A stretch of DNA of 64,000 nucleotides from Octopus sinensis. Its lineage: Eukaryota. Under the pieces are notes generated by a model that saw only the letters and a program-made list of their open reading frames with translations, was not told the origin of the DNA and ran no database searches. Shown piece by piece: positions 39,441 through 51,735 of this stretch; position 1 is the first letter of the stretch, and each line of letters starts with the position of its first letter. The position numbers were made by a program, and so were the translations under genes. The stretch spans positions 18,228,001 to 18,292,000 of the forward strand of contig NC_042998.1 in assembly GCF_006345805.1 (NCBI RefSeq), written 5' to 3'.

Positions 39441-39789
39441 CAAGTAAAATATAAAGGTCATTATATATTATTCCTTTAATGGAGTAAATTTGGCTTACAG
39501 CTGTTTCCGGTAGTCATTCTAGGTACATTACTGGTTAGTTTACACAAATGGTCTATTGATCAATTGAGGCACATTGAACAGCCCAAGACAATTAATGTTA
39601 CTTCCGCCAGGGCCATATTTTGTTGTAACAAGCAGAGCACTGGAGGAAGGGTGTGAGGAGGAGATAGGAAGGTTCAAATAGAATAGAGTGATGGGGGAAG
39701 ATAGGTTACAAAGGGGTGGAAGTAGGTAAGGAAATGTACAGGAATTATTTACTAGATGTAGGGCCATTATACATGTGGAGACGCTCCTT

Positions 39790-40102
39790 CGCTCACGAAT
39801 GACCATGGGATTGCACTCTGAGGCATAACTCTGGGCAAGGTTATTTATGGAAGAACAGCAGTCGCCCATGCATACCGGCCTCCCCGCTCCACGCCACCAA
39901 TGTTATCCAAGGGAAAGACAAAAGGGACGATACAGCTTGGCACCAATGACGTCGCTACTTATTTCTACAGCTGAGTGAACTGGAGTAACGTGAAATAAAG
40001 TGTCTTGCTCAAGAAGACAATACGCAGCCCGGTCCGGGATTCGAAGTCACAACCTCACTATCGTAAGCTCGACGCTCTAACCACTGAACCATGCACCTTC
40101 AC
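39790..40102 (-). mobile_element. tRNA-derived SINE (family D)
   Basis: Minus strand head GGTGCATGGTTCAGTGGTTAGAGCG...GACTTCGAATCCCGG, then CTTGAGCAAGACACTT...CCAGTTCACTCAGCTG central domain. Confidence 0.75.
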
Positions 40103-40622
40103 TCACATACTTATCTGTGTCTGTCTGTCTGTATGTGCGAGCGCGCACGCATGCGTGTTTGTATGTATACGTATGCGCGAGTGTGCGTGTTTAATGTACG
40201 AGTAGAAATAGCTAAAAGCGTTTTGGTCATATATTTCCTTAATCGAGAAATGGGTTTGGGCGAAACATCACCGCCAATAACAAACAGTCATGAAGCTACC
40301 TGTATTAATAAACTCTCATACATTCCTCACTTACAAGATTTACAATTATCCCCCACCAAGGAAAGAGTTTTTGTGATTGATACATTTAAAAGAGATCACC
40401 ATGTCACGCCTGAAATTTAGAAATTCCTCTGCCAAATCAGTAGAAAAATATATTGATTTGTAATATTGGAACAATGCCACACGTTCTTCGAGTGAGTATA
40501 ATCAAGGAAATCAAGACCAGAACCTGATTGAAACGCGTTCATTTTTCATTATTATCGAAACAACAAATTTTGACTATGGTTTGATTCGAACTCATAGCAG
40601 AAAGGGAGGCAATAACAATACT

Positions 40623-41027
40623 CTCTTTTACTCTTTTACTTGTTTCAGTCATTTGACTGCGGCCATGCTGGAGCACCGCCTTTAGTCGAGCAAATCGAAC
40701 CCGAGACTTAGTCTTTGTAAGCCCAGTACTTATTCTATCGGTCTCTTTTGCCGAACCGCTAAGTGACGGGGACGTAAACACACCAGCATCGGTTGTCAAG
40801 CAATGCTAGTGGGGGCCAAAACAGACACACAAACACACATACATATATATATATACATATATACGACGGGCTTCTTTCAGTTTCTGTCTACCAAATCCAC
40901 TCACAAGGCATTGGTCGGCCCGGGGCTATAGCAGAAGACACTTGCTCAAGATGCCACGCAGTGGGACTGGACCCGCAACCATGTGGTTGGTTAGCAAGCT
41001 ACTTACCACACGGCCACTCCTGCGCCT
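40623..41027 (-). mobile_element. Family A SINE
   Basis: Near-identical to 4657-5068. Confidence 0.9.
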
Positions 41028-41518
41028 ATATGGGAGTTACAACAAAATGGCGGTAACAAAGGAATGAATTTCGTTCGGTTCGCTGACGGTCATACAAATC
41101 CACCGTTCTCTGTTTAGACCAATTGATTAAAAGTATGATCTATTTATTCTTCCTAGTTTAGACGTACAGGCCTTAGTTTAGTAGTACTCAGATTAAACTA
41201 AAACAGACAAAACAAAAATAATTACTATAATTTCGTGAAGTATTTTGAGATTTTATGATATTTTTTTTCCTTCATATTGCTCTACTTTGTAATCTTTACA
41301 ACTCGTGCATCTCTAAAAAATGCAAACAGGAAAATAAAAAGAAATGATGAACACAAAAGCCGAAGATGGTATTGTTTTGTTTGATTTAATGAAATCAAAG
41401 AGCAAAATAGGAATTCATTCATCACTTAGTCCTAATATATCTATCTCCCTATTATATTATACCCATACACAAATCATACCGACATTCGATCATGCATTAT
41501 TGAATGCATACACGCAAG

Positions 41519-41555
<37 letters not shown>

Positions 41556-41618
41556 AATCATATATTTTACATATATATATCTATATACATATATAGAAAG
41601 AGAGAGATACTTACATAT

Positions 41619-41670
<52 letters not shown>

Positions 41671-41739
41671 GAAAGAGAGAGATACATACATATATATATA
41701 TATATATTTATATCCATATATATATCCATATATATATAT

Positions 41740-41771
<32 letters not shown>

Positions 41772-41803
41772 CATGCATAAATATATACATACATACGTAC
41801 ATA

Positions 41804-41854
<51 letters not shown>

Positions 41855-43162
41855 GCACACATACATATGTACATATATATTTATATATATGTATGTATGT
41901 GTGTGTATGCTTATGTTTATGTTTATGTATATGTATGCAAGTGTGTATATTTACGTTTCAGACGTACAACAATTCCAATTTAATATACAATATATGATTA
42001 TATAAATTGAATTCTTCTGTCCTATCCCGCCCCCATACGTCTGCTTTATTGTTGAAAAATCTTCTTTTGTATAATATATCAAAGTCTTAAGACATTTTGA
42101 AATCTTTTTCCCTCTACTTTGCGTTTTTATTATATTTACTGATCTTATTTCGTTGTTTTCTTTAATTTGTCTTTTGAGAACGGTTTATTCTTTGATTAAC
42201 CGACTTTAAATCTTTTATTGTAGCTTACAAATTATACGATGTGATTCCGGCAGAATCACACATTGAAACGTTAATGGGACTTAAGCTAGAAAATTATATT
42301 CTCTTCTCTTTAATTGAAATGTTGTAATCAATACATCTACAAGGCATGAGAAACTCATTTTCCCACAATGTATGCAAGTATTGCTCTCAACTTCAAAATC
42401 GATGAGATTCTTTTTCTTCTCTAGAATTACATTTTCTTTTTTTATGCTGTATAGTTTTCTGTTTTTAAATTGATATTTTTCATTACATTTATTTTTGTTT
42501 TATATATTAGTATATTTCTTTTCTGTTTTTTTACTTCTTATTGTCTACAATGTAATTCTTGATTTTCAGAAAAGAATAGTTAGAACAAACCCAACTACTG
42601 CAATGGCTTTGAAATTAAATTGCTGCAATTTTCTAATATTTTTTTCTTTCTCGTTTCTCTTTCTACCTTTCTTAAATAATTTATTCGATATTTATTAATT
42701 TCTATCATTATGTAATTACATTAATCTATATTTGCATAAATGCATTTTGAAACAATGGAAATGAAATCATATTTTAAAGCTATCTATATAAAGTATGGTG
42801 TCAACTAATCATTTAATTAATAACATAACTTCTGATATTTTAGTTTTATATTTGGAATGAATGTTCTAGAAATACGTATCTATCTTTAATGACAAGATGT
42901 CATCTGCAAATACACTCGCGTGTATTTACGAACATGCTTGCAATATAGGCATATATACACGCTGCGCATGTGTGTATGTTTAATATCGTCATAATCATAG
43001 ATAGTACCAGTCATTAGATCGACAATAAAAGATTTGATTCGCTGTCCTACATTGAATATCAAAAGTCTGGAAAAACTTTTTCCAGACCTTACACTCGATG
43101 GGTCACAATTCTGTGAATGTGAATCTCATTCGCCATCATTTAACTCTGCCCTAATGAAACTT

Positions 43163-43531
43163 TTACCAACCACATGGTTCTGGGTTCAGTCCCACTGCGT
43201 GGCACTTTGGGCAAGTGTCTTCTACTGTAGAAGGCAGACCAAAGCCTTGTGAGTGGATTTGATAGACGGAAACTGAAAGAAGCCCGTCGTATAAATGTAT
43301 ACATACACGTATGTGTGTATCTGTTTGTGTGTCTGTTTTTGCCCCCCCCCAACAACATTGCTTGGCAACCGATGCTGGTGTGCTTATGTCCACGTAACTT
43401 AGCGGTTCGACAATAGGAGACCGATAGAATAAGTACTAGACTTACAAAGAATAAATCGTGGGATCGATTTGCTCGACTAAATTCGATGCTCCAGCATGGC
43501 CACAGTCAAATGACTGAAACACGTAAAATAG
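43163..43531 (+). mobile_element. Family A SINE lacking the first part of the head
   Basis: Begins at ACCAACCACATGGTTC; tail CAGTCAAATGACTGAAAC. Confidence 0.85.
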
Positions 43532-44664
43532 TAAGGATATGCGGCAGGAAATGTTTCCCTACCAGGTGAGTATTGGCGTTTTCGTGTAACAAGGAGTGGT
43601 CCATTGCGCCAGCATAACTGTGACTTGCTGCTTGAAAAATACATTTATCTTACGATTTCTACAAAGATGGATGCACAGAAGACTTCTGGTGTTTATGTAG
43701 TCAACCACTTGTAATAGTGAGTACGCGAAACCTGGGGTAAGGGGAAGAGTAACTGAGGAGTATCTAATAACAGTCTGCATTATAATTCTGTGTATGGATA
43801 AATAGTTATCACAAAACATGCCCACACCTTAATTTACATTGGATCAAAGACTAAAGTTAAGCAATAAATCTCTGCCCACATGAGCACTTTCTCGAATATT
43901 AATCGCAAATGAACTCGCTATCTGGTCACCAACATCCTCCACTTCAACAATGAGATATCCCTTAGAATATTTTCCTACTATACAATCAATTCTGGAGTAC
44001 CGCATATGGGTTTTCATCTACCATGTAATTCATTTTGCCTCGTATCGCTCGAAATATTAAGCGAGAATGAAGGTTTCCTCCTTAATCGGTTCTCTGATCT
44101 AATTATTTCCTGCTTGGTTCGTTATTACAAGTTTTTCATATTATAATAAATCATTATCCTCCACCCGAGTAAGTTCAGCCTTCTTGTTCACCTCTCTGCT
44201 CCTTAACCATTCATCACTCTTCGTCCTTAACAATCATTTTTCTCTAAGCTTCATATTTCACCACACTTTGAATACAACCAATGGCTATTTTCGCCACCTT
44301 GTACCTCTGTTACAAGATGGCGGTAATACCTTCCTCCCACCTCTTCAAATGATTTATATATGTCGTGATAGATACACTTTAGAATGCTTATTTTCATACC
44401 CTGATAGTATCACTTTACTCTTATTTCTTCTCGGTCTGGTATGATTGATGAGTTTCCTCGACAACTGACTACCAGCATTTTCTTGGACTCTTAATTGTAC
44501 AGTGTTTAGGATTGTGGCAAAAGTTGGTGGTACCTTATGATAAACTACACTTCGTCCCCTGTCCTATCACTCACTCTCCTTCTTCATCCTCTCATCCTTA
44601 ATATATATCGCTATAACCCGTCCTCTATACTTTCTATCACTCTAAATTATAAAACACACACACA

Positions 44665-44738
<74 letters not shown>

Positions 44739-44794
44739 GCATGTATGTTACACACGCACACATATATGCATACATACATATATATATATATATA

Positions 44795-46738
44795 TTTCAT
44801 TTTTTTTCATTTTCATCTAGTTTCAGCTCACGAGCTGTGGCCATGCTGGGGCACCGCCATTCGGTGCTGCTACATGATTTTTCTTCGCGAATGCTTTTTA
44901 GCAATTGACATTTGGTGCATGAGGGAGTTTGATGCAGCTGCCCTCATCTGCACCTCCTGCCGTGAAGTCGGTTCATCTGGGACACCTGACAGGAAGAGGT
45001 CCAGCTTTATTTTTAAGACATCCGCATCCATCCTATGCTTGTCTCTCAAGTCCTTTGGGAGGATATTGAAGAGCTGTTGACCTTCCAAGCCCAGGCTATC
45101 GCAGTATCTTGTCCTACATCTTGATGGCAAATTTGAAGTCCTTGGCACTATGCAGTGGCGCCCAGTTCTAGTATTTGTGTAACTCTCGATGCCAAACTTT
45201 CGGACAAATCCTTCCAGGATCTTCCAGACGTATATTATGGCATGTCTTTGTCGCCTACGCTCTAAGGAATAGAGTCTTAATCTCTTGAGTCTTTCCCAAT
45301 AGCTTGTATGCTGCATAGAGGCTATCTTCTTCGTGTAGCTTCGTTGGATTGCTTCAAGTTCTGTGATTAATTTGACACTGGTTGGTGACCATAGCTGAGA
45401 GCAATAGTCAAAGTGGCTTAGGACAAGTGTCCTCCAGAGGAGCATCATGGCTTCCTGGTCTCTTGTTCTAAAAGATCTAAGAATCCATCCGGTCAGCCGC
45501 CTACATTTCATTGCCAATTTAGCAGCATGCACATGAAAGGTTGCATCATTACTCCTGTAAATACCCAGGTCTCGCATTGATTGTGCCTCTGGGATTGCAA
45601 TCCCTCCAGGTCCAGTGTATTTATTGGGTATTGCATTTAGTTTTGCATGCTGATAGCATAAAGCTTGAAACTTTTCAGCATTGAACTGCATGCTATTCTT
45701 TTCAGCCCACTTGTATATTTTGTCCAGGTCACATTGCAGGTGCATAGTGTCTTCAGGGTTCTGTATTACCTGTGAAACAAACATTTGTATCATCTGCATA
45801 ACTTGTGATTGTGGCTCTCTGCGTGGCTGAGGGCATGTCTGAGAGGGCCATTATGAACGGCAGTGGTCCCAAAACAGTGCCTTGCGGAACACCGCTCACT
45901 ATTTACGTGTTATTAGAGATGGCCCCTTTGGCTACTACCACCTGACTTCTATCCTTCAGAAAGTCATGAAGCCATTCTCCCAATTTTCCAACTATGCCAA
46001 GATCACGCAGTTTGTGACATATCTCTCCATGATCGACTTTATCACAGGCCTTTTCAATGTCGAGATATATCACTTCAACATTTGAGTGGTTGAGCAGTCG
46101 TTTCAGCACCCAGTCATAGTGTTGTAGGAGCTGAGTTAAGCAGCTTCTTCCTGGTCGGAAACCATGTTGGGTGTCAGGCAGCAAGTCATTTTCTTCAAGA
46201 AAGGTGATCAGTTTCCTCTGACTATTCGTTCCATGACCTTACTGATGTGTGAGGTCAGAGAGATAGGTCTGTAGTTCTTGGCCTCCGCTCTGCTACCTCC
46301 TTTATGAATAGGGCATATTTTACCCTCTTTCAGTTTTCTTCGAAGTTTGCCAGTTGCAAGGAAGCTCTGAAAGAGGAGCTGCAGTGGTCTTGCTAGGACT
46401 CGCTTACATACTTTTAGAAGGATTGCTGGGAATCCATCGGGGCCAGTAGCTGAGTTTGTGTTCATTTCATCTATAGCATTTATTACATCGTCTTCCTTTA
46501 TATTGATGTAATCAATCATCATTGACTCTGATTTCATATCTGCAGTGGTAAAGAAGTCATTTGGATTGCTGACTTGAAAGTGCCCTAGGGGTGGAGTGAA
46601 AATACTTTTGAATTGCTCATTTAGTATTTCACTTATCCTCATTGGATTTCCTGTGAGTGTACCATGTTTTCTAGGAGTGGTCCTATCCTTCAGTGCACCG
46701 TAGCTGTTTCTTTGGCAAACTTGTAGAAAGCACTGGGA
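44795..46738 (-). mobile_element. 5'-truncated CR1-group LINE (RT pseudogene, about 1.9 kb)
   Basis: ORFs 46208-46798 (SATGPDG, NYRPISLTSHISKVMERIV), 45903-46184 (QHGFRPGRSC, YLDIEKACDKVDH) and 44870-45799 (DLGI, FDYCSQLW, LYSLERRR); GVPQGTVLGP and YADD motifs at frameshifts; (ATGAAA)-type tail. Confidence 0.92.
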
Positions 46739-46854
46739 ATATATATATATATATATAGATATATTTATATTTATATATGTATGCGTGTATGTAGGCATGA
46801 ATGTATGTGTGTGGGGGTAATATATATATATATATATGCTGTGTCTGTGAGAAT

Positions 46855-46885
<31 letters not shown>

Positions 46886-46900
46886 GCTGTCTGTGAGAAT

Positions 46901-46952
<52 letters not shown>

Positions 46953-46961
46953 TATATTTAT

Positions 46962-47465
46962 TCAATAAGTATCGGATTTGTTGCTATCGTAACGAAGCTA
47001 AAGCAATCAGAGTGAAGCGGCTTAGCTCAGATTGACCTCCAGCTTAGTTGTGCATGTGCAGTAAGGTTAAGCGTTCTAGCTCACTTCCGCTGTTTATAGC
47101 AATGCTTGGAAGGAACGTGTGTAGCATGTGATCGCCGCATTGAACATGACAAAGGAAGTTGAGCAGAGAATCTGCATCGAATTTTGCCAAAATCTTGGCG
47201 ATAACTGCTCTGAGGCCTACGCAAAGTCTTCAAGAGTTTTAATCGTTCTCGACACAATCAATGAGATCTTGTGCAACTGCAACCCGAGTGACATTTTGGT
47301 CAGCAGAAAGCAGTATTGGCACAAACTTGGAAGACTTGCGTCTCGTACCCAAATTTCCAATGATAACGGATTGAACTGAACCGTAAGAAATTTGCAAATC
47401 TTCTGAGAACTCACGGATGGTGATTCGGCGAATTACTCTGAAAACTGCACGCACATCTGTAACGT
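46962..47465 (+). mobile_element. Rearranged mariner: 5' end on plus (46962-47228) joined to an inverted internal piece (47229-47465, minus)
   Basis: Plus: MTKEVEQRICIEFCQNLGDNCSEAYAK. Minus: RRITIREFSEDLQISYGSVQSVIIGNLGTRRKSSKFVP. Confidence 0.75.
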
Positions 47466-48039
47466 ATTTTTTCAGTTCTGGAATTCCAACCGCGCTTCGT
47501 GGTTTGCTACCTCAACAGCTCCTTTATTGTATCCAATGGCTAAAGACATCCTCATGAGGAACCACGTCCGATTTCAACCCCTACTGCTCTACCGTTTTCG
47601 ACCTGGCGAGGCCCCCACTTTCAGAGGTGTCTTCAGCTCTGTTGTTGAGTGCATTTCTTCTTTCTCCTTCTTTCTTCTGTTCCCTGATCCCTTCGACGCA
47701 GCGGGCGACTAACCATTCTGCTAAATTTCCCTTTAAATACTCGCTGGTAGTTCTTCAGCAGCCAGCACCAGCTAGTTGTCACGTGACACTGTCTAAACTT
47801 CAACTGTCCAGGGAGGGGGGATGTAATCTTAGTCCGCCCCCTCTCTGAAGCCTGGTTTTCAACAGCGTCGTGTTAGTTTCACTTCCAGCAGCCAAGCCGA
47901 CCAGCTATTCGCTGGTACAAGCCTTCGAAACAAGAGGAAGAGGTGCCATGAACGAGACCGCTACCTGTCAATCAGCGATCACCTAGCGACGTTATTTCCC
48001 AGCCGGCATGTTATGGCTTTTAAGCCATTTTTGGTCTTC

Positions 48040-49074
48040 TCGCTTCAGCCATATATATAGAAACTGGCTTTTCCGACTGCCTCCTGAATCTGTCTTATTA
48101 CTTTTCCAGCTCTGAGCTTTTGAATAACGTTGTCATTTTCCTATCAATGAAGCATCAAGACCCCACTGCCAGGTGGTAATACTCCATCCCATCCCTGTTC
48201 TCTGCACTCTTCGATTAATTTTTCGTACCTCTTCTCCTTCCATTGCCCATGGCACTATCAGCTGTAGCAAAGTCCCAATTCTCCGTTCTGTGTTCCATAT
48301 GATTAACTCTGGTCTTTGTCGTTTTTATGAGTGGAAATATTAACATTCTTTCCAAATCCGTGGCCAGTTCCCGGTACCGCTTCCATTTTTCATCTGTCTC
48401 TTATAGTTTATTTGAACGCCTGGCCTTATGTCTTTTCCCCTTCTTCTGGAAGTATATTTTTCTGCGTTTTTCCACTTTTAGGCACTCTCCCCTATTATAT
48501 CCCTCGATCGTCTCCTTGACTGCTGCGCTTATGACTCCGAGGACTTGATTGTGACACCATGACTTGTGCTAGCCTACAGTTTGACAGAACATGTCTCACC
48601 GTCGCTTTCTCTCTGCATCTACATTCATCCGTCTTATTTGTATGTTCTACCGGACTAAATTCACCGCTGAGGGTAAAACGTCCAAGATAGACGTGAAGGA
48701 TTTCTTGCTTGTTCCCAAGCTCAAATTCCTTCCATGAGATCCTGCGACTGTCTACATATCCCTCCCATCCCAAGCACTGTCCTTGTTGATTATATCGCAT
48801 CAAACGTACATTTCTCCTTTCTTCTTTCTCCTTTCGCGCTTCGTTTACCACTGCCTCTTTCATCTCTTTTACACTGCTCTTGCAAAATGGCCGGAAATTG
48901 TAAAACCCAAGATGAGTTATTGCTTCTTGTGTCGCTCCGACTATGCCAGCGTGCCTTAGCTTTCCGATTGCCCTACTTACTGCCTCTTCCGCATTCCATT
49001 TCCTCCCAGTTCCTACATTTGGAGGATTTTCTCGGATGCTCTGTTGGTCTTCCACAACGTTTGTGAATATCGAC
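48040..49074 (-). mobile_element. HERO/NeSL-like RLE LINE, 3' fragment
   Basis: GTGRKWNAEEAVSRAIGKLRH, QQGQCLGWE, CRC...TVRHVLSNC (zinc knuckle); after frameshifts RPELIIWN...LLQLIVPW...KRYEKLIEECREQGW (PD-(D/E)xK region). Confidence 0.7.
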
Positions 49075-49401
49075 TTTTTTCGGCCATCTTGAAAATGTCT
49101 GAACCACTCGTACACTTGTGTGCGGCTCATAGACTCCTCTCCATACACTTTCGTCAAGTTTAGCAAAGGCATCTGAGCAGTTATCGCCATGATAACCTTC
49201 TCTGTCATGGTCATTGCGACGATCATAGGATACACATGTTCCTTCCAAGTACTGCTGTAAACAACGGAATTAAACCTGAACGTTAAAACATAGTGCAAAG
49301 GCACAGCAGAGTCCACGGTCAATCTGTGCCAGGCGATTTCACTCTTGCTGCTTTAGCTTCGTTACTATGGCATAGTCCGAATACTTATTGACCAGACCTC
49401 G
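49075..49401 (-). mobile_element. Mariner 5' end fragment
   Basis: TA+CGAGGTCTGGTCAATAAGTATTCGGACT terminus; encodes LTKVYGEESMSRTQVYEWFRHFQDGR; homologous to 46962-47228. Confidence 0.8.
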
Positions 49402-49656
49402 TATATATATATATATAATATGTTTTGAGGAATGGATATATATATATATAATATATAAAACATTTGTGGTTTTTCTCATGATGTTACGACCTGACTACAT
49501 GGAACTATAACAAATGTTATTTAGTATTTTTCCTTCACTTTAATATATAACTGACCTTTATTTTATTCTCTTGATCAGTATGAAAAGGAACATAGGTATA
49601 AAAAAGAAAGAATTTCGTAGAGATGCGACTTCAGAATGTAAGAATAAAACTAAATA

Positions 49657-50007
49657 TCCCACTGTGTGGCACCTTGGGCAAGTGCCTTCTACTATAGCCT
49701 CGGGCTGATCAAAGCCTTGTGAGTGGATTTGGTAGACGGAAACTGAAAGAAGCCCGTCGTATATATGTATATATATATATATGCGTGTGTGTGTTTGCGT
49801 GTCTGTGTTTGTCCCCCTAGCATTGCTTGACAACCGATGCTGGTGTGTTTATGTCCCCGTTACTTAGCGGTTCGGCAAAAGAGACCGATAGAATAAGTAC
49901 TAGGCTTACAAAAGAATAAGTCCCGGAGTCGAGTTGCTCGATTAAAGGCGGTGCTCCAGCATGGCCGCAGTCCAAAGACAGAAACAAGTAAAAGAGTAAA
50001 GAGTAGA
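49657..50007 (+). mobile_element. Family A SINE, 5'-truncated
   Basis: Starts at CCCACTGTGTGGCACCTTGGGC; intact tail. Confidence 0.85.
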
Positions 50008-50009
50008 GC

Positions 50010-50330
50010 ATATAATACACTTTTCTACTCTAGGCAAAATGCCCGAAATTTTGGGGAGGGGGCCAGTCGATTAGATCGACCCCAGTACGCAACTACGCAT
50101 CTCGCCCGACGTGCTAGCGTTTCTGCCAGCTCGTCGCCTTATATAAACATATAACATTTATTTCATTATTGCCCACAGCTGACTAAACATAGAGTGGACA
50201 AACAAGGAGAGACAAAGGGATTAAGTCGATTACATCGATCCCAGTGCGTAACGGGTACTTATTTAATCGGTCTCGAAACGATGAAAAGATGAAGCCAGAA
50301 CGTAACGGCAGACGAAATGCCGATCAAACA
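50010..50330 (-). mobile_element. Two family B SINE fragments
   Basis: TTCTGCCAGCTCGTCGCC (head) near 50120-50140; GGACAAACAAGG...GATTACATCGA near 50198-50240. Confidence 0.65.
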
Positions 50331-50404
50331 CGAATCAGGACAAGGCACGACGGTTAGGTGGTATGTGATGACCGATGCGATTAATACATTGGTCACCTCT
50401 TCTC

Positions 50405-51735
50405 TCTCTCTCTTTCAAGTATAGTCACCGCCAAGACCAGTTATTGTCAATGTGGGTCACCTTGCTCGATACCTCGGCCCAATTCTTCTCTATTTCGAGG
50501 TCTGGTCAGAACCAAACTCCTAGCAACTTCATCGGATGCTGTATCGACTTGCCTCTCCAGGTGCCAAGTTGCAAGTCGACTGATTTTTCACGATTAACTT
50601 TTGCTCCTGCCACCGTCTCCTATTCCTCAATTGCCTTGCCTACCCTCTGTAGATGAGCCATTTTGGTCACGATGATTGTGGTGTCATCCGCGTAGGCTGA
50701 AACCGACATCTCACAAGCTGGCTGTCTCGGAATGCAGCAATGGCACAAGAGCCATCACATAAAAAAGCGGAGAGAGCGGACATCCTTGACGAACCGAGCA
50801 TTTAACGTGGAACGGCTTAGAAAGAAAGCCGTTCACTCGAACTACCGAGTCAATGTTGTCATACATTTGAATGATCCACCTGTGGAAGCCAAGATCCTAG
50901 CCGAACTGTGCCAGAATTGACACCAGGTAGTGATGGTTAACCCTATCAAAAGCTTTTGATTGGTCTAAAAGGACTACTTCCTCTGCCTTGCCGGAATCGT
51001 TATTAATACCCTCTATAGTGCATCGAATAAGATGGGAGATAATCCTGAGTGGATTTGCCGGGGATGGCACATGTCTGTGCTCCCCCGATTAGCCCATCCG
51101 CAACACGCGCTAATCTTTTCGTTAACACTTTGGCCAAAATCTTCAGCTCTGCATTGAGCAGAATGATGGGCCTAAAATTATCACTGACATCCCCCTTGTT
51201 CGTGTCCTTTCTGGCGAGTGTTTCCACTCCTTGCCGTACAGATCTGGGGATGAGCCTATTCTGTTGTCATTTCGCGTAGACACTCGCCAACAAGTGCCCG
51301 AACAAGTCTGGCATACTGTAATATGGCTCGTAGAGTAGACCATCCAGCCCTGGCACCTTACGCGCTCCGCAGTCAGCTATGGTCTCTCTTATACCTCCCC
51401 AGGCGTGATCGGCACCTCACTACATCTCGCATCCTGCCCCGAGATGCGCAGCAGCCCAGTGAGGAGGTCCGTTGGGTCCTTGCTACGCTCCGGCCCACCG
51501 TCCCCAGCGAAAAGCTGAGCTAAGTGGTCCTGAAAGACCTCACACATCTCCTTGGGTTCGTGTATTAACTTACCTTGTCTGGTTCGTCAAAGATCGAATT
51601 CTGGCATCATTGTCACATTGGGCTTCCACCACTCGAGTCCATTTCGCAGCATTGATTCCCTCGCAACCCATTTCACGTTGTCTAGCCCTGACAATACAAC
51701 CCATGTGTTTGGCTTCGAGGTGCTAGTTTAACACC
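50405..51735 (-). mobile_element. Decayed Tx1/L1-clade LINE, RT region
   Basis: NFRPIILLNAELKILAKVL, QTCAIPG, RQGCPLSP (about 50768-50791), AYADDTT (YADD at 50682-50693), KLLGVWF. Confidence 0.85.

Noticed and set aside
41046-41058. AAAATGGCG(G) start/YY1-like motifs (also 9880-9889 minus, 44324-44332)
   Set aside because: No supporting downstream exon or ORF; expected by chance.
43860-44180. Possible RTE-type AP-endonuclease relic on the minus strand
   Set aside because: Only scattered residues (AHVG) in stop-filled frames; not supportable.
44870-45799. 309-aa ORF as a functional gene
   Set aside because: It is the post-YADD part of a 5'-truncated, frameshifted LINE RT and cannot encode an active enzyme.
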